64,000 nt of DNA from Octopus vulgaris (lineage: Eukaryota). The notes beneath the pieces are model-generated. The model worked only from the letters and a program-made list of their open reading frames with translations, did no database searches and was not told where the DNA came from. Every line of letters begins with the position of its first letter. Position 1 is the first letter of the stretch. The DNA lies in contig OX597818.1 of assembly GCA_951406725.2 (NCBI GenBank), forward strand, positions 89,466,001 to 89,530,000. The letters run 5' to 3'. Of this stretch, positions 53,646-64,000 are shown one piece after another. The position numbers and the translations under genes were made by a program.

Positions 53646-54055
53646 GTGTGTAATAATAATAAATACCAAAACGAATTTGTGTGTCAGTGTATCACACTTT
53701 GACCCCCGCCTCTCACTATTCAATGACACTTCTATTATTCCTCCAGCTGGGGCGTGAGTAATAGTAGGTATAAAGACAGTGAGGGTGGTAATAGATTGAC
53801 AGTTGTGATGGTAATGGGGTGATAATAATAGTATGAGTTGTAGTTGTGATAGAGGCGGAGGCAACGGACATGATGGTGGTGGTGGTGGTAGCCGAGGCAG
53901 TCAGGGATGACGATGATAGTAAGCGATGTGAAAGACAGTGCTGATGGAGATAAAGGTGGTGAAGTTGAAGGTATTGATGGTGGTGGCGTCAGAGGTCTGC
54001 ATGGCAGTTATGGTGGCAATGGTGGTGGTACTGGTGATGGTTGAAGACAATCAAC

Positions 54056-54108
<53 letters not shown>

Positions 54109-54650
54109 TTAGACAGAAAAACAAGACAGGAAGGATATCTGTCTGTAGAAAATGTGCTTCAACAAATTCCATTTGACACATGCAAGCATGGAAAAATGGT
54201 AATTAGATGGCAGTGGTGATGATGCTAATCATGTGCATCATTCTGTATTTCTAAAGATAGTAAAGTGTGGAAAGAGAGTGACATGCCTGCTATTTCTAGC
54301 AGGTCAAACTACTATAAAGGGGTTTCCACACTGGCTTTGGTAATTTCTTATTGATTTTTTTTATTGCTTGTGAAAGTCTTCATTCAGGTCATCTTAAAAT
54401 AGGAAATTAGTATTAGAGAACCAGGAATAGTCCCAGGCCGGTTGATATAAAAAAAACATTAACAGTATATGAAAAAAGGTATTTCAATGGAGTAATACAG
54501 AAAAAAATGTTTTCAGGGTCTTTTATGATGGCCAGAAATTGTGTCAGATACACTACTAGGTATCACATCAAACCCTGTTGCTATGAAAAAAAAAAAATAC
54601 AAATCTGAAAAAAAAAAAAGAAAGAAAAAACTGATTTCTAGATAACTTAC

Positions 54651-54746
54651 AAAATCTATTTTTGAGATCCACCAGAGACGATGAAGTTCTGTAAATTGTC
54701 GGAACATTCCCTTCAATGCCACAATTATAATTGAAGCCAGAACACA
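54651..54746 (-). CDS. SLC26A5-like: SLC26 exon CVLASIIIVALKGMFRQFTELHRLWWISKIDF
   Basis: long pyrimidine tract + ttccag|TGT...TTT|gtaagt; 96 nt, phase 0/0; VLA.IIIV.LKGMF.QF motif. Confidence 0.96.
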
Positions 54747-55248
54747 CTGGAATAAAAGAGAGAAAGAGAGAATTGAAATGAAGCAAGAAAATAAAATAAA
54801 CTGTGAATTAAAACAGTGAAATGAAGAATTTGAAAGAAGTTTTACAGAGCAGTGCCAGGATATTAAACACCTTAATTCAGCCTTACAATATATGTCCCCA
54901 TATTCCATACCACATACATTACTTTCTTCCAGCCCTGTGATGTGCACACTCTATCTTAGCCCAATAATATGCATGCACCTTCTATCTCAGCCCTACAATA
55001 TGCAATTCTTTCTCCCAGCCCTACGCTGTATATTCTCTTCTCCTTACAATGTGTGCCTTTGTCTTCCAACCCTATAATGGGCATCCTTCACTAATTTTTT
55101 TCCCTATAACTTCCTGCATCCATCACTGTTTTTTACAGCAGCTGAAAAATCCTCCTCTCTCCCCATTTATATGTCAGATTTTTGTTTTTTAGTTGAATTA
55201 TGAAATTATGTCTAAGTTGTTCAGAGCTTATGTGCAAATTTCAGCACC

Positions 55249-55781
55249 TTAACCCATTAGCATTTAAACTGTTGATATCCGACCCAAGTATTTTTTCTGT
55301 TTTATGCTCACAAGCCTCTCACATCTACCCTACAATGGCATTCCAAAAATATAAAAATCACATCATCAAAAATTTCAAACTATGAGAAAAATATTCGAGC
55401 AAGGTTGTTGCCAGTGCTGCTAGACTGGCTCCTGTGCAAGTGGCACATAAAAAGCACCATTTGAGCATGGCCGTTGCTAGTACCACCTGAGTGGCCCTCG
55501 TGCCAGTGGCATATAAAAGCACCCACTACACTCTCGGAGTGGTTGGCGTTGGGAAGGGCATCCAGTTGTAGAAACTCTGCCAGATCAGATTGGAGTCTGG
55601 TGCAGCCATCTGGTTCACCAGACCTCAGTCAAATTGTCCAACCCATGCAAGCATAGAAAGCAGACATTAAACGATGATGATGATGATGATGATGAGATAA
55701 TGATTGATTAATTCAAAACAATGTAAATAAATAAGCATTAAGCATTACATTGACAGAATAATCTGAATGCTAAAGGGTTAA
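55249..55781. mobile_element. TTAA/CCCT-type MITE (about 230 bp) with nested SINE; relatives at about 10658-10884, 19380-19590, 40533-40590 and 47932-48404
   Basis: ttaacccattagcattta ... ctgaatgctaaagggttaa ends; shared internal sequence between copies. Confidence 0.75.
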
Positions 55782-56695
55782 ACAATTGCACAATTTACTT
55801 AATGCCAGCTCTGAAGTTTAAGTGAATATGATATTTGTGAAATGTGGAAACAAAGAAGAGGTCTTTTGACAATGAATTTAAACAAAACAATGATCAAAAG
55901 AAATGGAACAGTTGTTACAGTTTAATCCTCAGGTCAGCTGGTTTACTTCGCTCAGACATAATCACCCTGTCTTTTATGTAATTTTATTTCCTGCTTGAAG
56001 CAAATTTTACTCTATCTGTATTGAAAAACACTTATGCCATACACTTTTAATCCTCTCCTCTATACATTTGCGACTTCCTGACATAATATTATGTTTCTGT
56101 TATCATGTCTACATCAATGATTAATATTCCTAGAGTGATTCATAAATCAGCAGTCTTTTTTGGTTTTACGATTTAAATTCAAATCTTGCTGAGGTTGGCT
56201 CTACTTCTCTTTGTTTTTGGTTCACTATAACAAGAATCAGTGAACTACTTCAATTTATTCAATTGGCTGTTACTATTACTGCCTCATCTCAAATTTCTGG
56301 CCTTGTATCTTTGTTAAAAATCATAATTTGATATTTAATAAGGTTTTGGTGTATAATGTTTTAATTATTGCACTTTGGAAATGATGCACAAAGAATTACA
56401 AATGACAGCTGAGCTAAGAGCATTAAAATTGTTTAGTATTAACTTCATTTTATCTCCAGGATTAATTATTATTATTCTCATTGGTTAATAGCTTATATTA
56501 TTCAATGAGCCTATTTTTCCCCCCAAGATAATAAGATGTGATTTGAAAGGGATTTATGCTCATTTTAACAGGTCGAGTAACTACACAGATGTCTTCCCTT
56601 ATAGCTTTCTGACTATAAAGCTGGAGAATTTACAATTAACTAGTATATACACCTCTTTCTCAAATTAGTATATATATATATATATATATATATAT

Positions 56696-57220
56696 CATCA
56701 TCATCATCGTTTAACGTCCGCTTTCCATGCTAGCATGGGTTGGACGATTTGACTGAGGTCTGGTGAACCAGATGGCTGCACCAAACTCCAATCTGATCTG
56801 GCAGAGTTTCTACAGCTGGACACCTTTCCTAATGCCAACCATTCCGAGAGTGTAGTGGGCGCTTTTACGTGCCACTGGCATGAGGGCCAGTCAGGCGGTA
56901 CTGGCAATGGCCTCGCTCAAATGGTGCTTTTTATGTGCCACCTGCACAGGAGCCAATCCAGCGGCACTGGCAACGACCTTGATTGAACGTTTTTTCACTT
57001 GCCACCAGCACAAGTGCCAGTAAGGCGACGCAGGTAACGATCACGCTTGAATGGTGCTTTTTAAGTACCACCAGCACGGAGGCTAGCTTGTTGCTCTAGC
57101 AATGATCATGCTCGTATGGTACTCTTAGCGTTCCACTAGCATGGATGCCAGTCATCAAATTTGATTTCGATTTCACTTACCTGAACAGGTCTTTGCAAGC
57201 AGAGTTTAGTGTCCAATGTA
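56696..57220 (-). mobile_element. SINE family C with (GAT)n tail and internal tandem subrepeats; copies at about 1275-1600, 3403-3590, 8678-8995, 10937-11260, 28885-29082, 36548-36850, 40314-40497, 46790-47060, 52050-52335 and 55394-55695
   Basis: shared 3' end ccaacccatgctagcatggaaagcggacgttaaac(gat)n; repeated tggcacgtaaaaagcacc units. Confidence 0.88.
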
Positions 57221-57226
57221 TGTGTG

Positions 57227-57259
<33 letters not shown>

Positions 57260-57406
57260 AAAAGCAATAAAGATTCAAGTTAATTTAAATGAATTTACTT
57301 GAATATGGTACCTAACTTAGATGCACCAAAAAAAACTATACTGTTTTAACAATACAGTAATGTGGGGTGATTATAAGCGAGAAAGAAGCAACAAGAATGG
57401 ATAGGT

Positions 57407-57497
57407 TTTTAGTACAATCGTTTCATACAAGGACAGGCTTTATTAAAAGTTGCAAAAATTACAGCATATAAACGTGTCCCGTACTCATCAGCTAAAA
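57407..57497 (-). ncRNA. Type I hammerhead ribozyme motif (family 1), inverted copy of 59890-59980
   Basis: reverse complement of the plus-strand copy within the fold-back arm. Confidence 0.85.
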
Positions 57498-58557
57498 TAC
57501 ATGTGAGTTCTCTAGACATCCTAGTGGTTGAGGCTATACTCATGAAGTAATGTAGATAATTAAGTAACATAAACAGATTTCCAAAGTTCATTAAAGTTCT
57601 TTAAAGATGGTGTACAGTCTTATCACAGAATTTTAAAAAAGTTTTAATAGCATCACAGAAAAGGTGACCTAATCCATAGTGAACATATGAATTTCCAGAG
57701 ATATGAGGAGGGATTACATACTCACAGACGACAAATTTATCCATTGTTAATCACAACGAGGTGGGTCTCAATTCCTGCTTATTAGCATTACAGAGAGGGT
57801 GAATTAATCCTTTGTATAGATGCACAATTTCCAATGGTGTAGATGTAAATTTCCAGAGAAATGAAGAGGAATTTCATATTCACAGGCGATAAATTTATCA
57901 ATGGTTGAACACAATGAGGTAGGTATCAATTCTTGTTATATGATTAGGTATTTGCCACATTAATCACATTACTGCTATTTACAAGAGGCTGTAGCTATTT
58001 AACTTTTAAAGGCTGAAGGGCTTTCTAGAGAGGCAAATAACAGAAAAGGGAAGGGAAGAGAAGAAAAGAGAGAAAATAAAGGAGGAGGGAGCAAAAAGGG
58101 GGGGACTAAAAGAGAAGAGAAAAGGAAAAAGAGAATAAGAAGAAGAAAAAGAAAAAAAGAGAAAAGAGAAAGAAATAGGGAAAGAAGGGAAAAAAGAAAA
58201 AGAAAAAAAGAGGGTTCTAGTTATACAGAAGAATTAGTAGACGGCAAGTCTGGTTTTAATTTACAGGCATCTAGGAACTAGAGGAGAATATTATTCTTTG
58301 ACCAGTAAAACAGCTAATTTATTGCTGTTGAAATCAGCTATGAATTTAAAGAGAATCTAAAGAGATAACACGGTCAGGGGTTTAGGGGTCAGAGGCTAAA
58401 ATCAAAAGAAAATACATTAGGAAAATCTAAGTATAATCTTATCAAAAAGTCATTAAAATTTATTTATTTAATTTATTCATTTTATTGTCTTAAGGAGTTG
58501 CCGTTATTATTCATACATTGACGGACTACAGGTCAAATCTTAGAAGATCATTTACAA

Positions 58558-59348
58558 GGTGTTAGGGAATTGTCTATCATAATGAAGATAATCATATTAT
58601 CACCGAGGAGTAGCCTTATTTATTTAATTTTGAAATAGAATTATGGGCTTTAGTAACTCATTTTATTTTATTAAAGTTATGCTACTTAAATTAGATTAAG
58701 TTAAGAATTAAAATTAAAAATTATTTTCTTTATTTTCTCTCTTTTCTTCTCTTCCCTTCCCTTTTCTGTTCTTTGGTGTTAGGGAATTGTCTATCATAAT
58801 GAAGATAATCATATTATCACCGAGGGAGTAGCCTTATTTATTTAATTTTGAAATAGAATTATGGGGCTTTAGTAACTCATTTTATTTTATTAAAGTTATG
58901 CTACTTAAATTAGATTAAGTTAAGAATTAAAATTAAATTTTCTTTATTTTCTCTTTTCTTCTCTTCCTTCCCTTTTCTGTTCTTTGGTGTTAGGAAGATT
59001 AAGTTCAGCCTTATTTATTTAATTAAAATTAAAAATTAGTTTTCTTAAATTAGATTAAGTTAAGAATTAAAATTAAAAATTATTTTCTTTATTTTCTCTC
59101 TTTTCTTCTCTTCCCTTCCCTTTTCTGTTCTTTGGTGTTAGGGAATTGTCTATCATAATGAAGATAATCATATTATCACCGAGGGAGTAGCCTTATTTAT
59201 TTAATTTTGAAATAGAATTATGGGGCTTTAGTAACTCATTTTATTTTATTAAAGTTATGCTACTTAAATTAGATTAAGTTAAGAATTAAAATTAAAAATT
59301 ATTTTCTTTATTTTCTCTCTTTTCTTCTCTTCCCTTCCCTTTTCTGTT
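58558..59348. repeat. Tandem repeat of about 216 bp (3 full units + 1 scrambled) in the fold-back spacer
   Basis: units start ggtgttagggaattgtc at about 58558, 58775 and 59134; they differ mostly by single-base indels. Confidence 0.85.
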
Positions 59349-59889
59349 ATTTGCCTCTCTAGAAAGCCCTTCAGCCTTTAAAAGTTAAATAGCTACAGCC
59401 TCTTGTAAATAGCAGTAATGTGATTAATGTGGCAAATACCTAATCATATAACAAGAATTGATACCTACCTCATTGTGTTCAACCATTGATAAATTTATCG
59501 CCTGTGAATATGAAATTCCTCTTCATTTCTCTGGAAATTTACATCTACACCATTGGAAATTGTGCATCTATACAAAGGATTAATTCACCCTCTCTGTAAT
59601 GCTAATAAGCAGGAATTGAGACCCACCTCGTTGTGATTAACAATGGATAAATTTGTCGTCTGTGAGTATGTAATCCCTCCTCATATCTCTGGAAATTCAT
59701 ATGTGCACTATGGATTAGATCACCTTCTCTGTGATGCTATTAAAACCTTTTTAAAATTCTGTGATAAGACTGTACATCATCTTTAAAGAACTTTAATGAA
59801 CTTTGGAAATCTGTTTATGTTACTTAATTATCTACATTACTTCATGAGTATAGCCTCAACCACTAGGATGTCTAGAGAACTCACATGTA

Positions 59890-59980
59890 TTTTAGCTGAT
59901 GAGTACGGGACACGTTTATATGCTGTAATTTTTGCAACTTTTAATAAAGCCTGTCCTTGTATGAAACGATTGTACTAAAA
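59890..59980 (+). ncRNA. Type I hammerhead ribozyme motif (family 1)
   Basis: ttttag-CTGATGA-gtacgggaca...tgtccttgtat-GAAA-cgattg-TA-ctaaaa: 6-bp stem I, stem II, short near-palindromic stem III, GUA cleavage triplet. Confidence 0.85.
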
Positions 59981-60564
59981 ACCTATCCATTCTTGTTGCT
60001 TCTTTCTCGCGTATATATATATATATATATATTCTCAAATTAGCATATATGTTTTTTTTCTCAAATTAGTATATACACTTGTTTTTCAAATTAGTATAAA
60101 TACCCGCTTTCTGAAATTAATATCTATATACTTTTCTTAGTAATACTTCTCAAATTATCTCCCTTCAGCAAGACATCCATTCCAATCTGGCTATCACATT
60201 ATTAAATCTAAGTTTAATTACATAATTTCTGATTACCTGAATACATTAATAAAGAAAAAGAGAAAAGAAAACCATATCAGCATTATAAAAAAAAGGGGCC
60301 AGGTTATAAAAAAGCCCACAGCACTGTCATGTCTCACTACATACAATGAGCCAGATGGAAATTTGGGGTCAGATTTTCTGTTGCTAGATGCCCTTATGCT
60401 CTTCCTGTTGCAAACCATCACTATTTCCAAGATGAATTTCACAGATTGCATGACAGTGACACTCATTTATAACTATCATGAGTCAACAAGTGAAAGTGAC
60501 ATTAATACACACCTGCCCTCTCATCCAAGGCAGAGGAATATACAATACTGTATGAGCCGCATTA

Positions 60565-60643
60565 GCTTACAGCTGTTTCTGCTATAAGATGCAGTGGACT
60601 CATAGCTGAGTACATGAGTAACAACTTATAGCTTCATCAGAGC
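60565..60643 (-). ncRNA. Type I hammerhead ribozyme motif (family 3)
   Basis: gct-CTGATGA-a-gctataag...cttatagc-a-GAAA-cagctg-TA-agc; 8-bp stem II, palindromic stem III, short stem I. Confidence 0.75.
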
Positions 60644-60674
60644 CTTGATTATATATATATACATACATATATAA

Positions 60675-60758
<84 letters not shown>

Positions 60759-61343
60759 GTATATATATATGTATGTATACATACATACACACACACATAT
60801 ACTCTTTACTCTTTAACTTGTTTCAGTCATTTGACTGCAGCCATGCTGGAGCACCACATTTAGTCGAAGAAACCGACTCAAGGATTAATTTTATTGCTGT
60901 CTTTTGCCAAACCGCTAAGTTATGGGAGCATAAATACAGACACACAAACACACATATCTGCATATGTATATATACATATACGACAGGCTTCTTTCAGTTT
61001 CCATCTACCAAATCCAGTCACAAGGCTTTTGCCCTCATCTACCAGGATAAAGCTGCCTCCTTGAGGTTTGAAGTCATGTAAACTACATGATGGCCTTACA
61101 AATGCTGGTGGCATAGAAAAAGCACCCAGTACATGCTGTAGGTGGTTGGTTAGGAAGAGCATCCGGCAGGATGTAGTCCTTGGATCCACTGGATCTTTCA
61201 AACTGTCCAACCCATACTAGCATGGAACATGGATATCAAATGATGACAACGATGGCAATGATGACGATGAAGATGATGATGATGATGATCATCATCATCA
61301 TTACAATACTTTACAATCAAGGAGTGAAAAATTTACAACTTAC

Positions 61344-61421
61344 ATTTGGTAAGGTCCTGAACAAGGGGCCAACAACAAGGAGTACTATTAGGATTAGCAC
61401 CGATGAGAATAAACCAGTCAC
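61344..61421 (-). CDS. SLC26A5-like: SLC26 exon VTGLFSSVLILIVLLVVGPLFRTLPN
   Basis: ctacag|GTG...AAT|gtaagt; 78 nt, phase 0/0; hydrophobic TM with GPLF..LP motif. Confidence 0.95.
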
Positions 61422-62236
61422 CTGTAGCAACAAAGAGTTGTATAGTTAATGAAGTAGGAAAGGCCTATTTGCATTCTGGTACTTAAAACTGCGAAACTAA
61501 ACAACAAAAAAAACTGGAGGAGGATTGTCAACACTATGTTAGTGAACATAGTAGTGGTAAACATTGAAAAAGAACACAGTGTAAATGTACACAATGTGGT
61601 AGTAGAACATACTGTAACAGTAAAGATGAAAGTGGTATACACTGTTGTAGTAAACAATTGTACTATTATACATTAAAGTGCAGTAGAATCTATTTTAATA
61701 GTAAACAGTTCAGTAAACTATCAGTAGACAGTTCATCAATGAACAACACTCCGGCAAGAACAAAGATAATGAACAGTTCAGCAGTAAATAGTATAATTTT
61801 CATCAGATAACCGGCAGCATACCTATTTCTTTACTGCCCACAAGGGGCTAAACAGAGAGGGGACAAACAAAAATGGATTAAGTCAATTACATTGACCCCA
61901 GTGCGTAACTGGTATTTAATTTACCGACCCCGAAAGGATGAAAGGCAAAGTTGACCTTGGCGGAATTTGAACTCAGAACGCAACAACAGACGAAATATGG
62001 CTATGCATTTCGCCCGGTGTGCTAATGTTTCTGCCAGCTCGCCGCCTTAATAACCAGCAACATACCACATCAGTAAACACTTCACCAGCAGCAAACCATA
62101 CTAATAAATAGTTCACAAGTAGGATACCACATTAGTAAACAATTCATCGGTAAACAGTTCACTAACATCATAGCACAATAGTAAACAGTTCACCAGCAAC
62201 ATACCACATCAGTAAACAGTTCACCATAAAATATTA

Positions 62237-63509
62237 TCAGGTCATTAAGAATGAAATGTCCGATTTTCTTATTACCAAGTTTGACAGTCGTTAACTCTAA
62301 TGTTTTATCTGACAATTCTTTGTTTTGCAACATTGAAGAGTTACATCATCACTTTTCGAAATGCAGTTCATAGTGTCTGATTATATTGTGAGTTTTCTCT
62401 TGTAAATCAATTTTTGTGAACCCAGAGAGTGATAAAAAATTCATGTTGTTTAATGTATATGAGTTCCGTCATGGAACCAATGCATCCCAGACAGCTCGAA
62501 ACATCAATGAAGTGTTTGATGAAGATGTGGCAAATGAGTGCACAGTATGTCGATGGTTTGAGATGTTCCACTCTGGTGACTTTACTCTTGAAAATGAGCC
62601 CTTTGGTAGACCTGAGACCAAGGTGGATAATGATGAGCTGGAAACTGTAGTGGAAGCAGATATATCTCAAACTACGTGTGAGTTAGCAGAAAAATTTGAT
62701 GTTTCGATTCCAACTGTATTGGACCATCTGAAACAAATCGGCAAGGTAAAGAAGCTGGACAAGTGGGTACCACATGAACTGAACGAGCATCAAATGACAT
62801 GTCATCTTAAAACTCGCTGTCACGGCATAAAAGCAAACCATTTTTGTATCATATTGTTATGTGTGATGAAAAATGGGTTCTTTCCAACAAGCAAGTGTTC
62901 TGCACAGTGGTTGGATAGAGAAGAAATGCCAAAACACAGTCCAAAACAGAATATTCCCCCCAAAAAAGCTAAAGGTGTCTGTTTGGTGGTCCAGCACTGG
63001 TGTCATCCACTACAGCTTTATGAGACCTGGTAAGTCAATTACAGCAGATGTATACCTCAACCAACTGGATGAAATGGTGAGTGAACTAGCAATTAAACAA
63101 CTGAGACTGGTCAATAGAGATAGGCTAATTCTCTTGCAAGACAATGCTCGATCACATGTTGCACAAAGAACACTACTCAAGTTACAGGAACTGAACTTGG
63201 AAGTATTCTGTCATCCACCATATTCATCAGACCTTGCACCAACAGACTATTACATTTTCCAGGCATTTGACAACTTTTTGCAAGGAAAAAACTTCAAATC
63301 TGAAGAAGATGCAAAAACAGCCTTTCATGATTTCATCACCTCTTGCTCTCCAGAATTCTTCACTGCTGGCATAAATAAGCTATCAATGAAATGACAAAAT
63401 TGTGTTCATAATTTAGGTGCATACTTTAATTAACTGCATTGCTTTTTGTTGAGATAAAGTAAAATAAACTTTCAGTTCAAAATCAGACATTTTATTCTTA
63501 ACGAACTGA
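62237..63509 (+). mobile_element. Full-length (1273 bp) mariner DD34D transposon with frameshifted transposase
   Basis: TA-flanked imperfect TIRs tcaggtcattaagaatgaaatgtc / gacattttattcttaacgaactga; HTH, WVPHEL, DEKW, QDNARSH, HPPYSSDLAPTDY motifs. Confidence 0.95.
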
Positions 63510-63806
63510 TACTCTAGGTCATTATACTATAATAAAATACAATATTTTGTTAAATATAACAATGATTGAACATCTTGTTAATAAACGCTATATTAGTAAA
63601 CAGTTAAACAGTGAATAATATCAATAAATAATATAGTGGTGAACATAATAACATAAAAAAATATTCCTACATAAAATAGTTAATCAGTAAACACTGTATT
63701 GGTAATCTAATCCCATTATTTTTTAACTAAAACTTGTGAACAGTTGAGTACTGTTCTTTGTTGAACAGAAAAAAAAAATAAACAAACAAGGTGTTTATCA
63801 CTTTAC

Positions 63807-63920
63807 CTGAGTTTTACAGCCAACATTTTCTTGGACAAGACTTCTTGAGAGTGAGACGGCACTGCAGAAGGCTGAGAAGAAGGAACTGAAGACATTGCAG
63901 AAACCATAAGCAATTAATTC
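63807..63920 (-). CDS. SLC26A5-like: SLC26/prestin-like anion transporter exon (TM9-TM10, anion-binding region), [38 protein letters not shown]
   Basis: ttgcag|GAA...CAG|gtaaag; 114 nt, phase 0/0; [13 protein letters not shown] is the SLC26A3-A9 TM10 signature. Confidence 0.96.
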
Positions 63921-64000
63921 CTGCAACAAAGAACAGATGTTTCACAGAATTGTTAGCAAATGCAGTTCTATATTTAAGAAATGAAGAATTATGTACATTA

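Larger units (their letters stand above)
57258..60010. mobile_element. Fold-back, hammerhead-bearing element in (TA)n; arms about 57378-58081 and 59306-60010
   Basis: about 700-bp near-identical inverted arms (the same 60-aa ORF appears on both strands in the track), purine/pyrimidine-skewed spacer, (TA)n on both sides. Confidence 0.85.

Noticed and set aside
57409-57591. Identical 60-aa ORF here and at 59796-59978
   Set aside because: Consequence of the inverted repeat; it overlaps the ribozyme, has no known motif, and is not evidently kept in the diverged 49.6 kb homolog
61520-62230. Thr/Val-rich ORF and gtaaacagttca repeats
   Set aside because: Degenerate intronic low-complexity tandem repeat
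62416-63394. SETMAR-like domesticated gene
   Set aside because: Frameshifted, TIR-bounded, no SET domain; an ordinary dead mariner

Overview
AT-rich, repeat-dense eukaryotic genomic DNA. The SINE families, (TA)n/(CA)n/(CAT)n microsatellites and gene structure look like an Octopus (coleoid cephalopod) genome; this is inferred and not database-confirmed. Almost all ORFs in the supplied track are spurious or transposon debris. Real coding content lies on the minus strand. (1) The 3' half of a prestin-like SLC26 anion-transporter gene appears as 10 phase-consistent GT-AG exons from 63920 down to a stop at 26096; its 5' exons lie beyond the window. (2) The probable first coding exon(s) of an unidentified downstream gene lie at about 2.1-2.9 kb. 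The rest is tRNA-derived SINEs, mariner, piggyBac and Tc2/pogo-like DNA elements, Helitrons, RTE and R4/Dong LINE relics, and Penelope-like (GIY-YIG) relics. The most striking unannotated signal is a set of at least 8 type I hammerhead-ribozyme motifs in 4 sequence families. Several sit as sense/antisense pairs in fold-back elements inserted in (TA)n tracts inside the SLC26 introns, and stem I shows compensatory base changes between related copies.
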